Source: Pseudomonadales bacterium (lineage in GTDB: Bacteria; Pseudomonadota; Gammaproteobacteria; Pseudomonadales; CAWVSB01). From it: a stretch of DNA of 64,000 nucleotides. The stretch spans positions 42,293 to 106,292 of the forward strand of contig JBALVY010000001.1 in NCBI GenBank assembly GCA_036960375.1, read 5' to 3'. A model generated the notes under the pieces. That model did not search any database and had not been told where the DNA came from. It worked only from the letters and a program-made list of their open reading frames with translations. Made by a program: the position numbers and the translations under genes. Below are positions 1 through 9,767 of this stretch, one piece after another. How positions within the stretch are numbered: position 1 is the first letter of the stretch; every line of letters begins with the position of its first letter.

Positions 1-521
1 CGGAGCTGGCCAAAACACTTCTGCTGGCTGTATGCCTGTTCACTGCCTATTACCTGATTCTGTTCTTTGTTTATTATGTATTACATGTCGACTACCGTTT
101 TTGGTTTATGGGTGTACGGCCCTTTCAGGCTGAAATGCTCCTCTTACTACTAATGTACGCGCCCTTTTTCTTTATCTTTTTTCTCAGTAACTCACTGCGG
201 GTTAACGGTTCGATAGCTGTCGCTGGACGAGCTGAATGGAAGACCATGTTAATTGGGGGTATCGGAAATTCATTGGGGCTGATTTTCATTGTGCTGGTGC
301 AGTACATCACCTTTGCCAGCACCGGCACAGTGTACTGGACCGATAGCTGGCTTTACGTGAACTTATTATTTGCCGTTATACCGATGATGTTTGTACTGCC
401 CTATTTCAATCGATACTTTTTCCGGATGACCGGAAAGATATACCTGGGTCCCATGGTAACAACACTGATATTTATAATGATCTTGTTAAGCAATACGGTT
501 TGTTACATCCCACTTGGCTAG
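1..521 (+). CDS. Polytopic membrane protein, C-terminal part (5' end lies off the window)
   Basis: Frame 3 is open from base 3 (ELAKTLLLAVCLFTAYYLILFF...) into track ORF 108..521. It is strongly hydrophobic with several TM-like segments. No family recognised. Confidence 0.45.
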   Translation, partial: ELAKTLLLAVCLFTAYYLILFFVYYVLHVDYRFWFMGVRPFQAEMLLLLLMYAPFFFIFFLSNSLRVNGSIAVAGRAEWKTMLIGGIGNSLGLIFIVLVQYITFASTGTVYWTDSWLYVNLLFAVIPMMFVLPYFNRYFFRMTGKIYLGPMVTTLIFIMILLSNTVCYIPLG

Positions 522-1969
522 CGTAATTCTTCCAGCGACAGTGCATTAGACTGATCAATGATACTGAGAAAGGCCCGGGTAGATCGCTCAAGACCCTCAG
601 CCGGCACCAGCTCTGGAATATCTAATGTCGTGTGATAAATAACGTGATCAATAATATGGAAGCCAGGTGCTTGCCGGGTAAATTTTGGTTTGTTATTCAT
701 CTGTGTGTAAAGTGAAACGCCATTCTCTCGCAGGGTATCCAATACGATGGAATGAAATCTGTCACTGCCCTGAATATGCCACCTGAAAGCGCCAATCGCA
801 TTGGATGTCATAAGGTCTTGGTTGTACCAATAAAGCTGCGTTTGCGCCGGATGCTCAAGCGTAAGCACCATCGCCACCTTGCTCCAGTCGTGCTGGCTTT
901 CCCACAGTTTTAGACCGTACTCTCCGTGATGGTGATCCGGAAACAAGAAAAATACTAAAGTGCGAGGCCGCTCCGAGATGTCTTTGCCGGCATAAAACCG
1001 CGCAATTTCCAAGCCGCTTGCCAAACCACTCGCGTTGTCCATTGCGCCCTGAAAATAGCCATCCGTATGGGCGGCTAGCACTATTTCTTCGTCACTGGCA
1101 CCGGGAAGAACCGCAATTAAACTTGCCGTTTTGACATTCTTTGGCTTATCAACGTTTAGTTCAAAGCTAATATTTATCTTCTCGCCTGCGCCTAGCCGAT
1201 CGCGTAACGCGAAGCCCTCATCTTGATTAATCGTGAACAGCGGCACACCATATTTCTCTGAAGGTGCGCCCAAAGGATTAAATACACCGTTGCCAGGCAC
1301 CCCCATAATATTAATGATCATTGCTGCACCAAGCTCAGATGCACGTTGGTTCGCGTAGAACATTTTTGCGCGACGGCTGGCAGAGTGACTTCTGCCGCCT
1401 GGTACAAACAGACTGTAGATAATGACGGCCTTGCCTTCGATTTCCCTGCCTAGAAAGTCAGGCTCTGCACCGATACCCAGCCACACCGCCTCAGCACGAA
1501 TGCCACCCGCAGGCGTCGCTGAAGTTTTGCCCACAGGGAATGCGCTGCCTAATTGAATAGTTTCATCGGCAGCGGAATAGCTTGCCTGCCAGTCTGTTGG
1601 GCGCCAATCCTCTGGGATGGTAAAGGGATTAAGTTTTACCTCCAACCCCAAGCGTTGAAATTCATCAGCCATTAAAGCCATCGTCATTTGGTCGTATTTC
1701 GTTCCCGGTAGACGCCCCCAATAACGGTTCCCTTCCGACTGACTGAGAAGAGCGATATCCGACAACTGTTTCACCCAGCGCTTCATTCGAGGCCCATCAA
1801 CGGACTGATACGGCAAGGTAGCACTGGTCAACGGCCAATCGGGGTATGCTTCGTCTGGAACAGACAGGATGCCCAAGTCCCGCGGCAAGCCTAATCCGTA
1901 CGGCTCCTCTCCCCACACCGTATGGGCGAAAAAAAACATCGGTAACAACATGCATAGCAGCCATTTCAT
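518..1969 (-). CDS. Secreted M28-family metallopeptidase (aminopeptidase-like)
   Basis: ORF is open to GTG 1981. ATG at 1969 follows a GGGGTGG stretch and gives the signal-like MKWLLCMLLPMFFFAHTVWG. M28-type motif region LAAHTDGYFQGAMDNASGLASGLEIARFY. Confidence 0.75.
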   Translation of the reverse strand: MKWLLCMLLPMFFFAHTVWGEEPYGLGLPRDLGILSVPDEAYPDWPLTSATLPYQSVDGPRMKRWVKQLSDIALLSQSEGNRYWGRLPGTKYDQMTMALMADEFQRLGLEVKLNPFTIPEDWRPTDWQASYSAADETIQLGSAFPVGKTSATPAGGIRAEAVWLGIGAEPDFLGREIEGKAVIIYSLFVPGGRSHSASRRAKMFYANQRASELGAAMIINIMGVPGNGVFNPLGAPSEKYGVPLFTINQDEGFALRDRLGAGEKINISFELNVDKPKNVKTASLIAVLPGASDEEIVLAAHTDGYFQGAMDNASGLASGLEIARFYAGKDISERPRTLVFFLFPDHHHGEYGLKLWESQHDWSKVAMVLTLEHPAQTQLYWYNQDLMTSNAIGAFRWHIQGSDRFHSIVLDTLRENGVSLYTQMNNKPKFTRQAPGFHIIDHVIYHTTLDIPELVPAEGLERSTRAFLSIIDQSNALSLEELR

Positions 1970-2107
1970 CGCTAAAACCACCCCGGTTTATTGTTATTGA
2001 TAAGTCTTAAACGTCACTACCGCCATTATCCGCTATTAAGCTGGCAATTTGCATCATGGAATCTGGCGTGGCAAACTGCTCGGCAGTGTTTCTATTGGAA
2101 TCGATCG

Positions 2108-2677
2108 ATGAGTTCGGACTCTTGGCTGGAAAGTTTTATTGCCGAAAACCGCGGTGTCTTACGCTGGCGACTGCGGGAGCTTGTGCCATATGACCTGATC
2201 GAAGATGTGATGCAGGAATCATTTTTACGTATTTTCGATCACTGCGGCAATACCCCTCCTCTCTACCCAAAGGCCATGTTATTCCGCATCGCCAGAAATG
2301 TCGCCATCGATCTACTGCGTCGCAATGAAACCCATCAAAAGCACCTGCCAGCACTTACATTACTTTCACAGGAATTCTCCCTCTCGTCCGATGTGGCGGA
2401 CCAGGCTGGTCATAGGGAATCGCTTGATTCCATGTTCGAGGCAATCAATCAACTGCCCCCCAAAAGCAGGCAGGTATTTATTCTTAGACGCTACGAAGGC
2501 CTTAGCCATAGCGAGATAGGGCAGCGCATGGGCATCTCGGTGAGCACCGTACAAACCCAACTGGCAAGGGCGATACGGCTATGCCACGACTATCTTGAGC
2601 AGCAAGAAAAACAGCAATCAGCCCGAGAATGCCAGGCAATCGCCGATTACAAAAAGCGAGATCCCAATGTCTATTGA
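2108..2677 (+). CDS. ECF (FecI-like) RNA polymerase sigma factor
   Basis: ORF is open from TTG 1991, but the first ATG (2108) gives 189 aa, typical for ECF sigmas. Region-2-like DVMQESFLRIF. Region-4 HTH SRQVFILRRYEGLSHSEIGQRMGISVSTVQTQLARA. Confidence 0.85.
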   Translation: MSSDSWLESFIAENRGVLRWRLRELVPYDLIEDVMQESFLRIFDHCGNTPPLYPKAMLFRIARNVAIDLLRRNETHQKHLPALTLLSQEFSLSSDVADQAGHRESLDSMFEAINQLPPKSRQVFILRRYEGLSHSEIGQRMGISVSTVQTQLARAIRLCHDYLEQQEKQQSARECQAIADYKKRDPNVY

Positions 2678-3098
2678 TGATTGGATTGGCTCAGGGATAC
2701 CCGATGAGGTGATGGAGGCAGCCGCCGTCTGGGTGGCAAGGCTCGACGACGAAGATACCTCTCTCCAAACTCGACAAGATTTCTTCAGCTGGCTGGACAA
2801 TAACCCGATGCATCGCTGGGCCTACGAAGAAATTTCAGAAAGCTGGGCTCGCATGTCCACCTTGCAGAAGCCGTCAGAGCTCGCAGGCGACAACGTAGTC
2901 CCCTTCAGCGGCGGATACCTAGAACAAGCTAGCCGGACAGAGGCCATATCGAAACCTATTTGTTGGTGGCATGCAGCCGGCGTGGCGGCACTGCTATTGC
3001 TAGGGGTTTTTGTAGGACATGACCATAAGCAGGAAGAATCGACCTTTCTCTCAGCCTCAAACTTTGAAAGCCACAGTTTCCAGCAATATAGCGACTAA
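2667..3098 (+). CDS. Short FecR-type anti-sigma factor (anti-sigma domain plus one TM only)
   Basis: ATG 2667 overlaps the sigma gene end by 11 nt. 143 aa. FecR N-terminal motif AAAVWVARLDDED...FFSWLDNNPMHRWAYEE. Single TM WWHAAGVAALLLLGVFVG followed by only about 25 residues. Confidence 0.7.
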   Translation: MSIDDWIGSGIPDEVMEAAAVWVARLDDEDTSLQTRQDFFSWLDNNPMHRWAYEEISESWARMSTLQKPSELAGDNVVPFSGGYLEQASRTEAISKPICWWHAAGVAALLLLGVFVGHDHKQEESTFLSASNFESHSFQQYSD

Positions 3099-3205
3099 GC
3101 AACTATTTTCTCCTAACCAGTAGTGGTAACTCCCCCCTATCCCGTTTACCTAAGCAATGGGAAGTCCCATATATAACTAAAAATAATTTTCTGGAGGGTA
3201 ATACC

Positions 3206-6200
3206 ATGTCAATTCAAAGCACATTGAGAATTAGCACTCACCTGCCAAAAGGCGTTTGTAAATCGCGAGTGGCCATTGCTGTCGCATTTGCCACGCTGGC
3301 TTGCCAGCACAATTTGGTAATGGCTCAATCAGAAGAAGCCGGCCTGGAAGAAATTGTCGTCTACGGTTCGAGAAGCCAGGTTATCAACTCATTGAATGAT
3401 AAGAAGAATCTGGATCAGGTAGCGGATATTCTCTCGGCCACAGACGCAGGCCGCTTCGCCGATGTCAATGCAGCTGAGAGCCTGGGCCGCTTACCAGGCG
3501 TGTCCTTTCTCCGCGATAATGCATCCGGCGATGGTGAATTTATTTCCATACGAGGTTTGGACGCTGCACTAAACAACATTCAGTTTGACGGAGTGAACGC
3601 CGCTACCGCAAACCGGGGCGACCGCAAAGTTGGGCTGGGCGGAGTAACAACGGACGATATCTCTAAAATTGAGGTCAAAAAGTCCTTGCTCCCTTCGGAT
3701 GACGGGGTCGGTATCGGTGGTGTGGTCAATCTGATAAGCCGGTCGCCGCTGGGCTACGGCAAAGATCGCCTCACATTAACTGCCGAAACTCGCAAGCAGG
3801 AATTCAGTGACGATAGCGACGGGCATTACTTCAGCGCCTCCGCCAATAAGGTTGTAACAGATAATGTCGCTTTCAGCCTTTCCGCAAGCACACAGGAAAG
3901 AAACATCAAGAATTATTCGATCAATGGCGCATTTGCCGAGCCATTGTATATTCCCGTACTAAAGGATGTTAACGGCAACGTTGTAAATCCAGACGGCTGG
4001 GATGAAGAAGACCTGCAACTGTCTAACGGCCTTATTCCTACGGACGCGGTCATAGACGAGCAATACGACGTCGAAGTCGACCAGATGAGCCGCGAGTATA
4101 CAAACTTTAGCGGCACACTGGATTGGGCGGTATCTGAAAACACGCTGCTAACGATAGGCGGGCGCTATAACAAGCGCGAGATTGAAAACATTATGAGCGA
4201 AGTCGAGTTCGATATGGACGATGATTCTCGTTCGGGACCAGACTACGTCTATGACGAAGCAAGCGGCGTCAATCTACCTGTATGGGAAGACCCGGAGATA
4301 AGCTGGGAATACAACATAGAAGATGAGATACGGGAGAACTCCAGTGCATACTTTAAAGGCACAACCATGGCCTCTAACGGCAATCTCAAATTAGACTATC
4401 AGCTTAGCTATGCCAAGGCGGAAGAAGATGGCGGCATAGGTACCGAAGTGCCCTTCTCCCTGGATTTCACTATTGATAACTCTTCCAATGTACCCAACGA
4501 AAACTGCCGGCTGGGTAGAGACGATACAACTCAATTACTGGACCGGCAGGACGATATTTTCACGCCCTATGATACCTCCCGTGTTGAATTTCCAGCGCCG
4601 GTGCTGACCGAAAATGCAAAAGCCCAGCTAAGAAACTGGCAGGCCGCCTGCTATGACAGAGTGGATGTCACGCCCATCAATTCACAGGAAAATACACTGT
4701 ATTCTTTCAAATTTGATGCCGAGTATCTATTCGACAGCGGCGTTCTGCGTTCGCTTAAGGGTGGCGTGAAATTTGTCGGCTCAGAGACCGAGCGGGATAT
4801 TCTCGAATTGGTTAGTGCGCATCAGGGTCTTCTTACTGATGGAACCTATCTAAACGAAAGTGATTTCGATAGCAGCGGCACCACCGATGACCATTGGTCG
4901 TTTGATGATTCTGGGCTGCTGACCGGCGAGGTGATGGATCTTGACGATATCGGCAACCCCTATTCCAACATTGGTGGGGTTATGGTGCCTAGCGTTAACG
5001 AAGCGAAGCTGAGAAATATGTACTCTCAGTTCCTCAAGACATTTAAGGAATCTGGCGATGCGCCAGAATCTGTCATTCATACAGGCGCAGAGGAAGATCT
5101 TCTAGCCGGGTATATTCAGGGCACGCTGACTTTCAGCGAAAATCTGGACGTGATTTTCGGCGTCAGAGCGGAACGCTATGATGGCGACTTCGAATCTTCT
5201 CAGACATTTGAAGCCGATATCGGCGAGTCCGGCCAGCCAGCCGACGTCGATTTGGATGCTGAAGGCATCTTACCCCTTATCAACACATCATCCAGCAATA
5301 CCGAAGTTTTGCCCCGACTGCTTGTGGTGTATAGACCCACCGATGAACTGAGAATCCGCGGCTCGTGGTATACCTCTCTAGCCCGCCCTGCCTACGATTC
5401 ACTGGCGGGGGGAATCGACGCCAGCATGAGTATCGACCTGAACCAAGCTTATGATGGAACCCAGACCGCAGACGATATCGATACCACTCGACTTAGTATG
5501 ACAACGGGCAACCCCGATCTCGAAAACGCGTACGCTCACAACTTCGATCTATCATTTGAGTACTATTTCGACACGGGCAGCGCAGTGACCTTCGCACTAT
5601 TCTATAAAGATATTGACAACTTCCTGTTCGAGGGCCAAACAGGTAATTTCCTTCGCGAGGATGATGACTTTGATCCCGTCGCCATCGTATCTCAACTCGG
5701 TTTTAGTGAGGAAGGATGGGATGTCATTAATCAACTGGGCGGTCTGGAAGCCATCTTTGCCCAAGATGTGGATTTAAACATCAGCCAAACCCGCAATGGT
5801 AACAAGGCCACAGTGCAGGGCTTCGAGCTCGGCTTTGCTCACCAGTTTGATCAATTGCCTGGTTTGTGGAGTGGACTTGGTCTCTACGGCAACTTCACTT
5901 GGCAAGACTCAGAAGCCGACGTGGATTTGGGCATTTACACCGATGATGATGCCATGGTTCAACTCGGCCTAGCCGAAACCGGAGACGTATTGACTCGCTC
6001 GGTGCCGTTCTTCAATTCACCCAAAACCAGCGGCAACCTGGCAGTCTATTTTCAAACAAGCAGCCTGGAAGCGACACTTTCATATTTCTATCAGGGTGTC
6101 CAAATGGAGGAAGTCGAAAACTACGGAGTCGATCAGTATCAGCAAGATTACGAACAGCTCGATTTCACCCTGCGCTACAAGTTCGACAACATCCTGGATA

Positions 6201-6361
6201 AGAAATATGGCCGCTATGAGGTGTACCTCAAGGTCAAAGATATTACCGATGACGGAGATAAGTACACAACTCTGGAAACCTTGGGCAAAAATAGCAATCA
6301 CTCCGAGTTCGCCAGCTTCAATGGTCGTGAGTACGCTGTCGGCCTGAGAGCGCGATTCTAA
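3206..6361 (+). CDS. TonB-dependent outer-membrane receptor (1051 aa)
   Basis: Signal peptide ending LVMAQS. Plug region EEIVVYGSRSQV...GVSFLRDNASGDGEFISIRGLD. Long beta-barrel. C-terminal YAVGLRARF. SD-like GGAGGG upstream of the ATG. Confidence 0.85.
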   Translation: MSIQSTLRISTHLPKGVCKSRVAIAVAFATLACQHNLVMAQSEEAGLEEIVVYGSRSQVINSLNDKKNLDQVADILSATDAGRFADVNAAESLGRLPGVSFLRDNASGDGEFISIRGLDAALNNIQFDGVNAATANRGDRKVGLGGVTTDDISKIEVKKSLLPSDDGVGIGGVVNLISRSPLGYGKDRLTLTAETRKQEFSDDSDGHYFSASANKVVTDNVAFSLSASTQERNIKNYSINGAFAEPLYIPVLKDVNGNVVNPDGWDEEDLQLSNGLIPTDAVIDEQYDVEVDQMSREYTNFSGTLDWAVSENTLLTIGGRYNKREIENIMSEVEFDMDDDSRSGPDYVYDEASGVNLPVWEDPEISWEYNIEDEIRENSSAYFKGTTMASNGNLKLDYQLSYAKAEEDGGIGTEVPFSLDFTIDNSSNVPNENCRLGRDDTTQLLDRQDDIFTPYDTSRVEFPAPVLTENAKAQLRNWQAACYDRVDVTPINSQENTLYSFKFDAEYLFDSGVLRSLKGGVKFVGSETERDILELVSAHQGLLTDGTYLNESDFDSSGTTDDHWSFDDSGLLTGEVMDLDDIGNPYSNIGGVMVPSVNEAKLRNMYSQFLKTFKESGDAPESVIHTGAEEDLLAGYIQGTLTFSENLDVIFGVRAERYDGDFESSQTFEADIGESGQPADVDLDAEGILPLINTSSSNTEVLPRLLVVYRPTDELRIRGSWYTSLARPAYDSLAGGIDASMSIDLNQAYDGTQTADDIDTTRLSMTTGNPDLENAYAHNFDLSFEYYFDTGSAVTFALFYKDIDNFLFEGQTGNFLREDDDFDPVAIVSQLGFSEEGWDVINQLGGLEAIFAQDVDLNISQTRNGNKATVQGFELGFAHQFDQLPGLWSGLGLYGNFTWQDSEADVDLGIYTDDDAMVQLGLAETGDVLTRSVPFFNSPKTSGNLAVYFQTSSLEATLSYFYQGVQMEEVENYGVDQYQQDYEQLDFTLRYKFDNILDKKYGRYEVYLKVKDITDDGDKYTTLETLGKNSNHSEFASFNGREYAVGLRARF

Positions 6362-6368
6362 ACCAGGT

Positions 6369-6406
6369 AACCACACTGGCAGCCAGTGCCGCCAGTGTGG
6401 TTTGCT
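6369..6406 (+). terminator. Intrinsic terminator after the receptor gene
   Basis: Perfect 12-bp stem AACCACACTGGC / GCCAGTGTGGTT (6369-6380 / 6391-6402) with a 10-nt loop, followed by TGCTTAT. The U-tract is weak. Confidence 0.55.
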
Positions 6407-6513
6407 TATACAGAAAATGAGGCCGAACTGCTTCGCAAATTTCCAGCGCCAAATCTGTTATTTAGCTTTTGGCGCGACTGTCTTGCCAGCCCTACAATAA
6501 TGAATTCTACCTT

Positions 6514-8001
6514 ATGAACATGCAATCATCGACCGATCACGCGACTTATGAAGAAAGGGCCAGCTACCAGAATACTGGCTTGATCTTGGGTCCAGTTATT
6601 TTTGCCGTGATGATGTTGGCAGGTAATTTCCAGACAGCCATGGATCCTATCGCCTGGAAGACTGCTGCTGCCGGCCTGCTTATGGCTACCTGGTGGGCAA
6701 CAGAGGCACTGCCGGTACCAGTGACCGCCTTTCTTCCCATTGTTTTGTTTGCGCCCCTGGGCATTGCAAACTTGCAAGATTCGGCCGCGCCCTATGCGAA
6801 CCCGATTATTTACTTATATTTGGGCGGCTTTATGCTGGCGCTGGCGGTTGAAAAATGGAATCTTCACCGACGTATAGCCCTGCTTATTCTCTCGCATACC
6901 GGAACTGATGGACGGCGGCTAATTGGCGGCTTTATGTTAACCTCGGCTCTGCTTTCAATGTGGATGACCAATACCTCAACCACCATGATGCTGCTGCCGA
7001 TTGCCTTATCCGTGATCGGCGTGATTACTGAGAACGTCCCAAATCTAGACAAGAAAAATAGAGATAACTTTCAGACAGCTATGCTACTGGGCTTGGCGTT
7101 TTCCGCTACCATCGGCGGCTTGGCGACTTTGGTTGGCACTCCGCCCAACGCCCTGTTAATAGGCTTTCTTAATGAGAGCTACGACCTCGACATCAGCTTT
7201 GCCCGATGGATGTTAATCGGGGTACCGGTTTCAGCCGTCATGCTGCCCATCGCCTGGCTGACACTTACTCGATTCGTTTTCCCTGTAGATATTCAGGAAA
7301 GTGACGAGGTAAAGTCTCACTTAGGCAAGATGCACGCCGAAATTGGCCCCATGACAAAAGCTGAGCGGCGCGTTGCGGTTATCTTCTCCTGCGTGATTGC
7401 CCTGTGGATGCTGCGGCGTCCCCTGTCCGAAGCCTTCAATATCTCTGGTCTATCCGATCCCGGTATCGTAATGGCCGCCGCTGTACTTCTATTTTTAATC
7501 CCAAGCGGCAGCAACAAAACCCCGCAATTAATGTCATGGCATGACGCAAATAGGTTGCCCTGGGGCGTTTTGGTACTGTTCGGCGGCGGACTAAGTCTAG
7601 CGGCGGCGGTGTCCGCTTCGGGACTAGCCGCCTGGCTGGGCGCGAGTCTCGCTATCTTCGGAGCCTTCGGCGTAACCATGCTTGTATTGGCCGCCGTCAT
7701 CATGGTGATCTTTCTCACGGAGCTGACCAGTAACCTGGCTACCACCGCCACCTTCCTGCCAGTAATGGGAGCCATTGCTTTAGAAGCCGGAGTGCCGCCT
7801 CTGGTCTTATTGGTTCCGGTAACCCTTGCAGCCAGCTGTGCCTTTATGTTGCCGGTGGCAACACCCCCAAATGCCATTGTTTTTGCTTCGGGAATGATAA
7901 AAATACCGCAAATGATACGTGCCGGTTTGGTGCTCAATCTCGCAGGGGCTATTGTTCTGGCATTAATCTCACTATTTTGGGCGCCCGTGGTACTACAGTA
8001 A
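6514..8001 (+). CDS. DASS (SLC13-like) Na+-coupled anion symporter (di/tricarboxylate or sulfate)
   Basis: Polytopic ORF open from TTG 6469, first ATG at 6514. Hairpin-loop motifs TNTSTTMMLLPI and ATPPNAIVFASG are typical of DASS transporters. Confidence 0.8.
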   Translation: MNMQSSTDHATYEERASYQNTGLILGPVIFAVMMLAGNFQTAMDPIAWKTAAAGLLMATWWATEALPVPVTAFLPIVLFAPLGIANLQDSAAPYANPIIYLYLGGFMLALAVEKWNLHRRIALLILSHTGTDGRRLIGGFMLTSALLSMWMTNTSTTMMLLPIALSVIGVITENVPNLDKKNRDNFQTAMLLGLAFSATIGGLATLVGTPPNALLIGFLNESYDLDISFARWMLIGVPVSAVMLPIAWLTLTRFVFPVDIQESDEVKSHLGKMHAEIGPMTKAERRVAVIFSCVIALWMLRRPLSEAFNISGLSDPGIVMAAAVLLFLIPSGSNKTPQLMSWHDANRLPWGVLVLFGGGLSLAAAVSASGLAAWLGASLAIFGAFGVTMLVLAAVIMVIFLTELTSNLATTATFLPVMGAIALEAGVPPLVLLVPVTLAASCAFMLPVATPPNAIVFASGMIKIPQMIRAGLVLNLAGAIVLALISLFWAPVVLQ

Positions 8002-8015
8002 ACTCGAACAAAGAA

Positions 8016-9419
8016 TCAGGGGTCGCTCTTGCGCAACTCCAGACACCAGCTAATAACTCTGTCGACCAACTCGCCGTCCAGACCGGTATAGGTTGTCGGC
8101 TCCAGCAGGCGGTCTAATTCACCAGGGCCAAAATAGCGTGTTATATCTGGCCGTGAGCGCAGAGCAACACCCAAGCTTGTGCCCTCAACAATGGCAGCCT
8201 GAGCAACCTCGTGCATCAGACTATTAGCCGTGGTCTTACCGATATGCTCGGCCAATGCAAAAGTGACGCGCTGAGACAGTATAAGCCCTTGAGTCTTCGA
8301 TAGATTAGCCGTCATTACTGCGGCATTGACCTGCAGCCCGGACAACAAAGCGTCGGCCGTCTTCAACATGCGTTCTGCTTCGATTGAAATTTCCGCCAAT
8401 ACGCCTGCCGATCGAGAGGTGCTATCGCGCTCAAAACTATTAATCACATCATCAAGAACTACTTCGGCCAAGCGTGGGATGGTGCGCGAGTAATAAACAA
8501 GCGCGTCGGGTTTCTTAGGGTTTTTCTTATGCGGCATGGTACTGCTGCCCACGACCGAATCAGGCAGAACCTCTTGAGTCTCACCGATATCGGTCATCTG
8601 TAACAGGAAAAGCTCATTACCAATACGACCCATGGCCTTGCTAATAAGCGCAAGAGTGAGGGCGTAATCCGCCAGCACATCGCGCGCGCCATGCCAGTCA
8701 TCAGGATAGGCAGTAGTCAAACCCAGCTGAGCAACAAAAAGCTGCTCTGTCTCTAACGCTTTATCTCCGAGCCCCAAATAGCTACCTACGGCACCCTTCA
8801 AAATACCCGATTGATCAAGCTGGTGAGCAACCGTCTTCAAGCGCTCTATGTTTCGTCGGTTCTCGCCTAACCATCCGCTCACTTTCTTACCAAAAGTAAT
8901 CGGCAAGGCATGCTGGCCCAGGGTTCTGCCCATCATTACCGTGTCTCTGTGCGCCCGTGCCAGAGCGATAAGGCTGTCCTCAATTAGCTGCATATCGGTA
9001 ATCAAGAAGCGGGTCGCCTGCCGTAACTGCAGAACGAGCGCATTATCATATACGTCAACCGTGGTAGTACCGAAATGCACATATTCCCCGGCCCCATGCT
9101 CCATATAGGAAGTCCAAACGTTCAGCAGCGCGACCATGCGATGCTGGACCTTTCTATATTCCACTGCCAGCTCATCCGCGGGAAGGTATTGGAGCTGCGC
9201 CTTGGCCGTTATTTCATCGGCGGCCCATTGTGGAATAATACCCTGGCTCGCCTGAGCCTGAGCCAAGGCCGCCTCAATATCCAAAATAAGTTGGTTTCGA
9301 TGCTCGAATTCAAATACTTCAGCTACCGGCGTAACAGCATGGACAGCCGATATAGGCAAGCAGGCAGCCAATAGCAATATAAAGTAACGTGTGCATTTGC
9401 GCAGACGATCGATTGGCAT
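8016..9419 (-). CDS. Fumarate-lyase superfamily enzyme (adenylosuccinate lyase / carboxymuconate cycloisomerase-like) with a signal-like N-terminus
   Basis: Signature GSSTMPHKKNP. N-terminal helices LILDIEAALAQAQASQGIIP. GGAG 7 nt upstream of ATG 9419. Leader MPIDRLRKCTRYFILLLAACLPISAVHA. Confidence 0.8.
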   Translation of the reverse strand: MPIDRLRKCTRYFILLLAACLPISAVHAVTPVAEVFEFEHRNQLILDIEAALAQAQASQGIIPQWAADEITAKAQLQYLPADELAVEYRKVQHRMVALLNVWTSYMEHGAGEYVHFGTTTVDVYDNALVLQLRQATRFLITDMQLIEDSLIALARAHRDTVMMGRTLGQHALPITFGKKVSGWLGENRRNIERLKTVAHQLDQSGILKGAVGSYLGLGDKALETEQLFVAQLGLTTAYPDDWHGARDVLADYALTLALISKAMGRIGNELFLLQMTDIGETQEVLPDSVVGSSTMPHKKNPKKPDALVYYSRTIPRLAEVVLDDVINSFERDSTSRSAGVLAEISIEAERMLKTADALLSGLQVNAAVMTANLSKTQGLILSQRVTFALAEHIGKTTANSLMHEVAQAAIVEGTSLGVALRSRPDITRYFGPGELDRLLEPTTYTGLDGELVDRVISWCLELRKSDP

Positions 9420-9767
9420 CAGCCAGACTCCACATGTGATAAGAACAAAGACAGTAATAGCTTATCGTTCAGCAAGCAAATTGCCCCTACTCTAAGACTC
9501 CTCTTTCGCCTATTAATCTAAGTCAGTAGGAATATCCCATCCCGCTCTGTGGCGGAACTTCAGTCTGTTTACCATACAAGCGCCAATCAAATCTGTTACA
9601 CACGATTGTTAACCGTCTTTATTCCGGCGAAACCTCGGCCAATGGACGTATTTCTACCGATATTTTCTCATTTTTTTATCAACTGCCTAAATAACTTCAA
9701 AGCGCGTTATTGAAGCTACCAACTAAATATTTTACACTACGCATCCATTTCGAAATGAGATTCCCCC

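Noticed and set aside
1991-2107. N-terminal extension of the ECF sigma ORF from TTG 1991, and similar long track starts at 44542, 45432, 52792, 36586 and 56953
   Set aside because: The extensions overlap neighbouring genes or SD sequences and add non-homologous residues. Internal ATG/GTG starts with SD motifs give family-typical lengths.
7317-7937. 206-aa minus-strand ORF inside the DASS transporter gene
   Set aside because: It is entirely antisense to a well-supported transporter CDS. Its Ala/Thr/Gly/Arg-rich, low-complexity translation is typical of the reverse frame of a membrane-protein gene.
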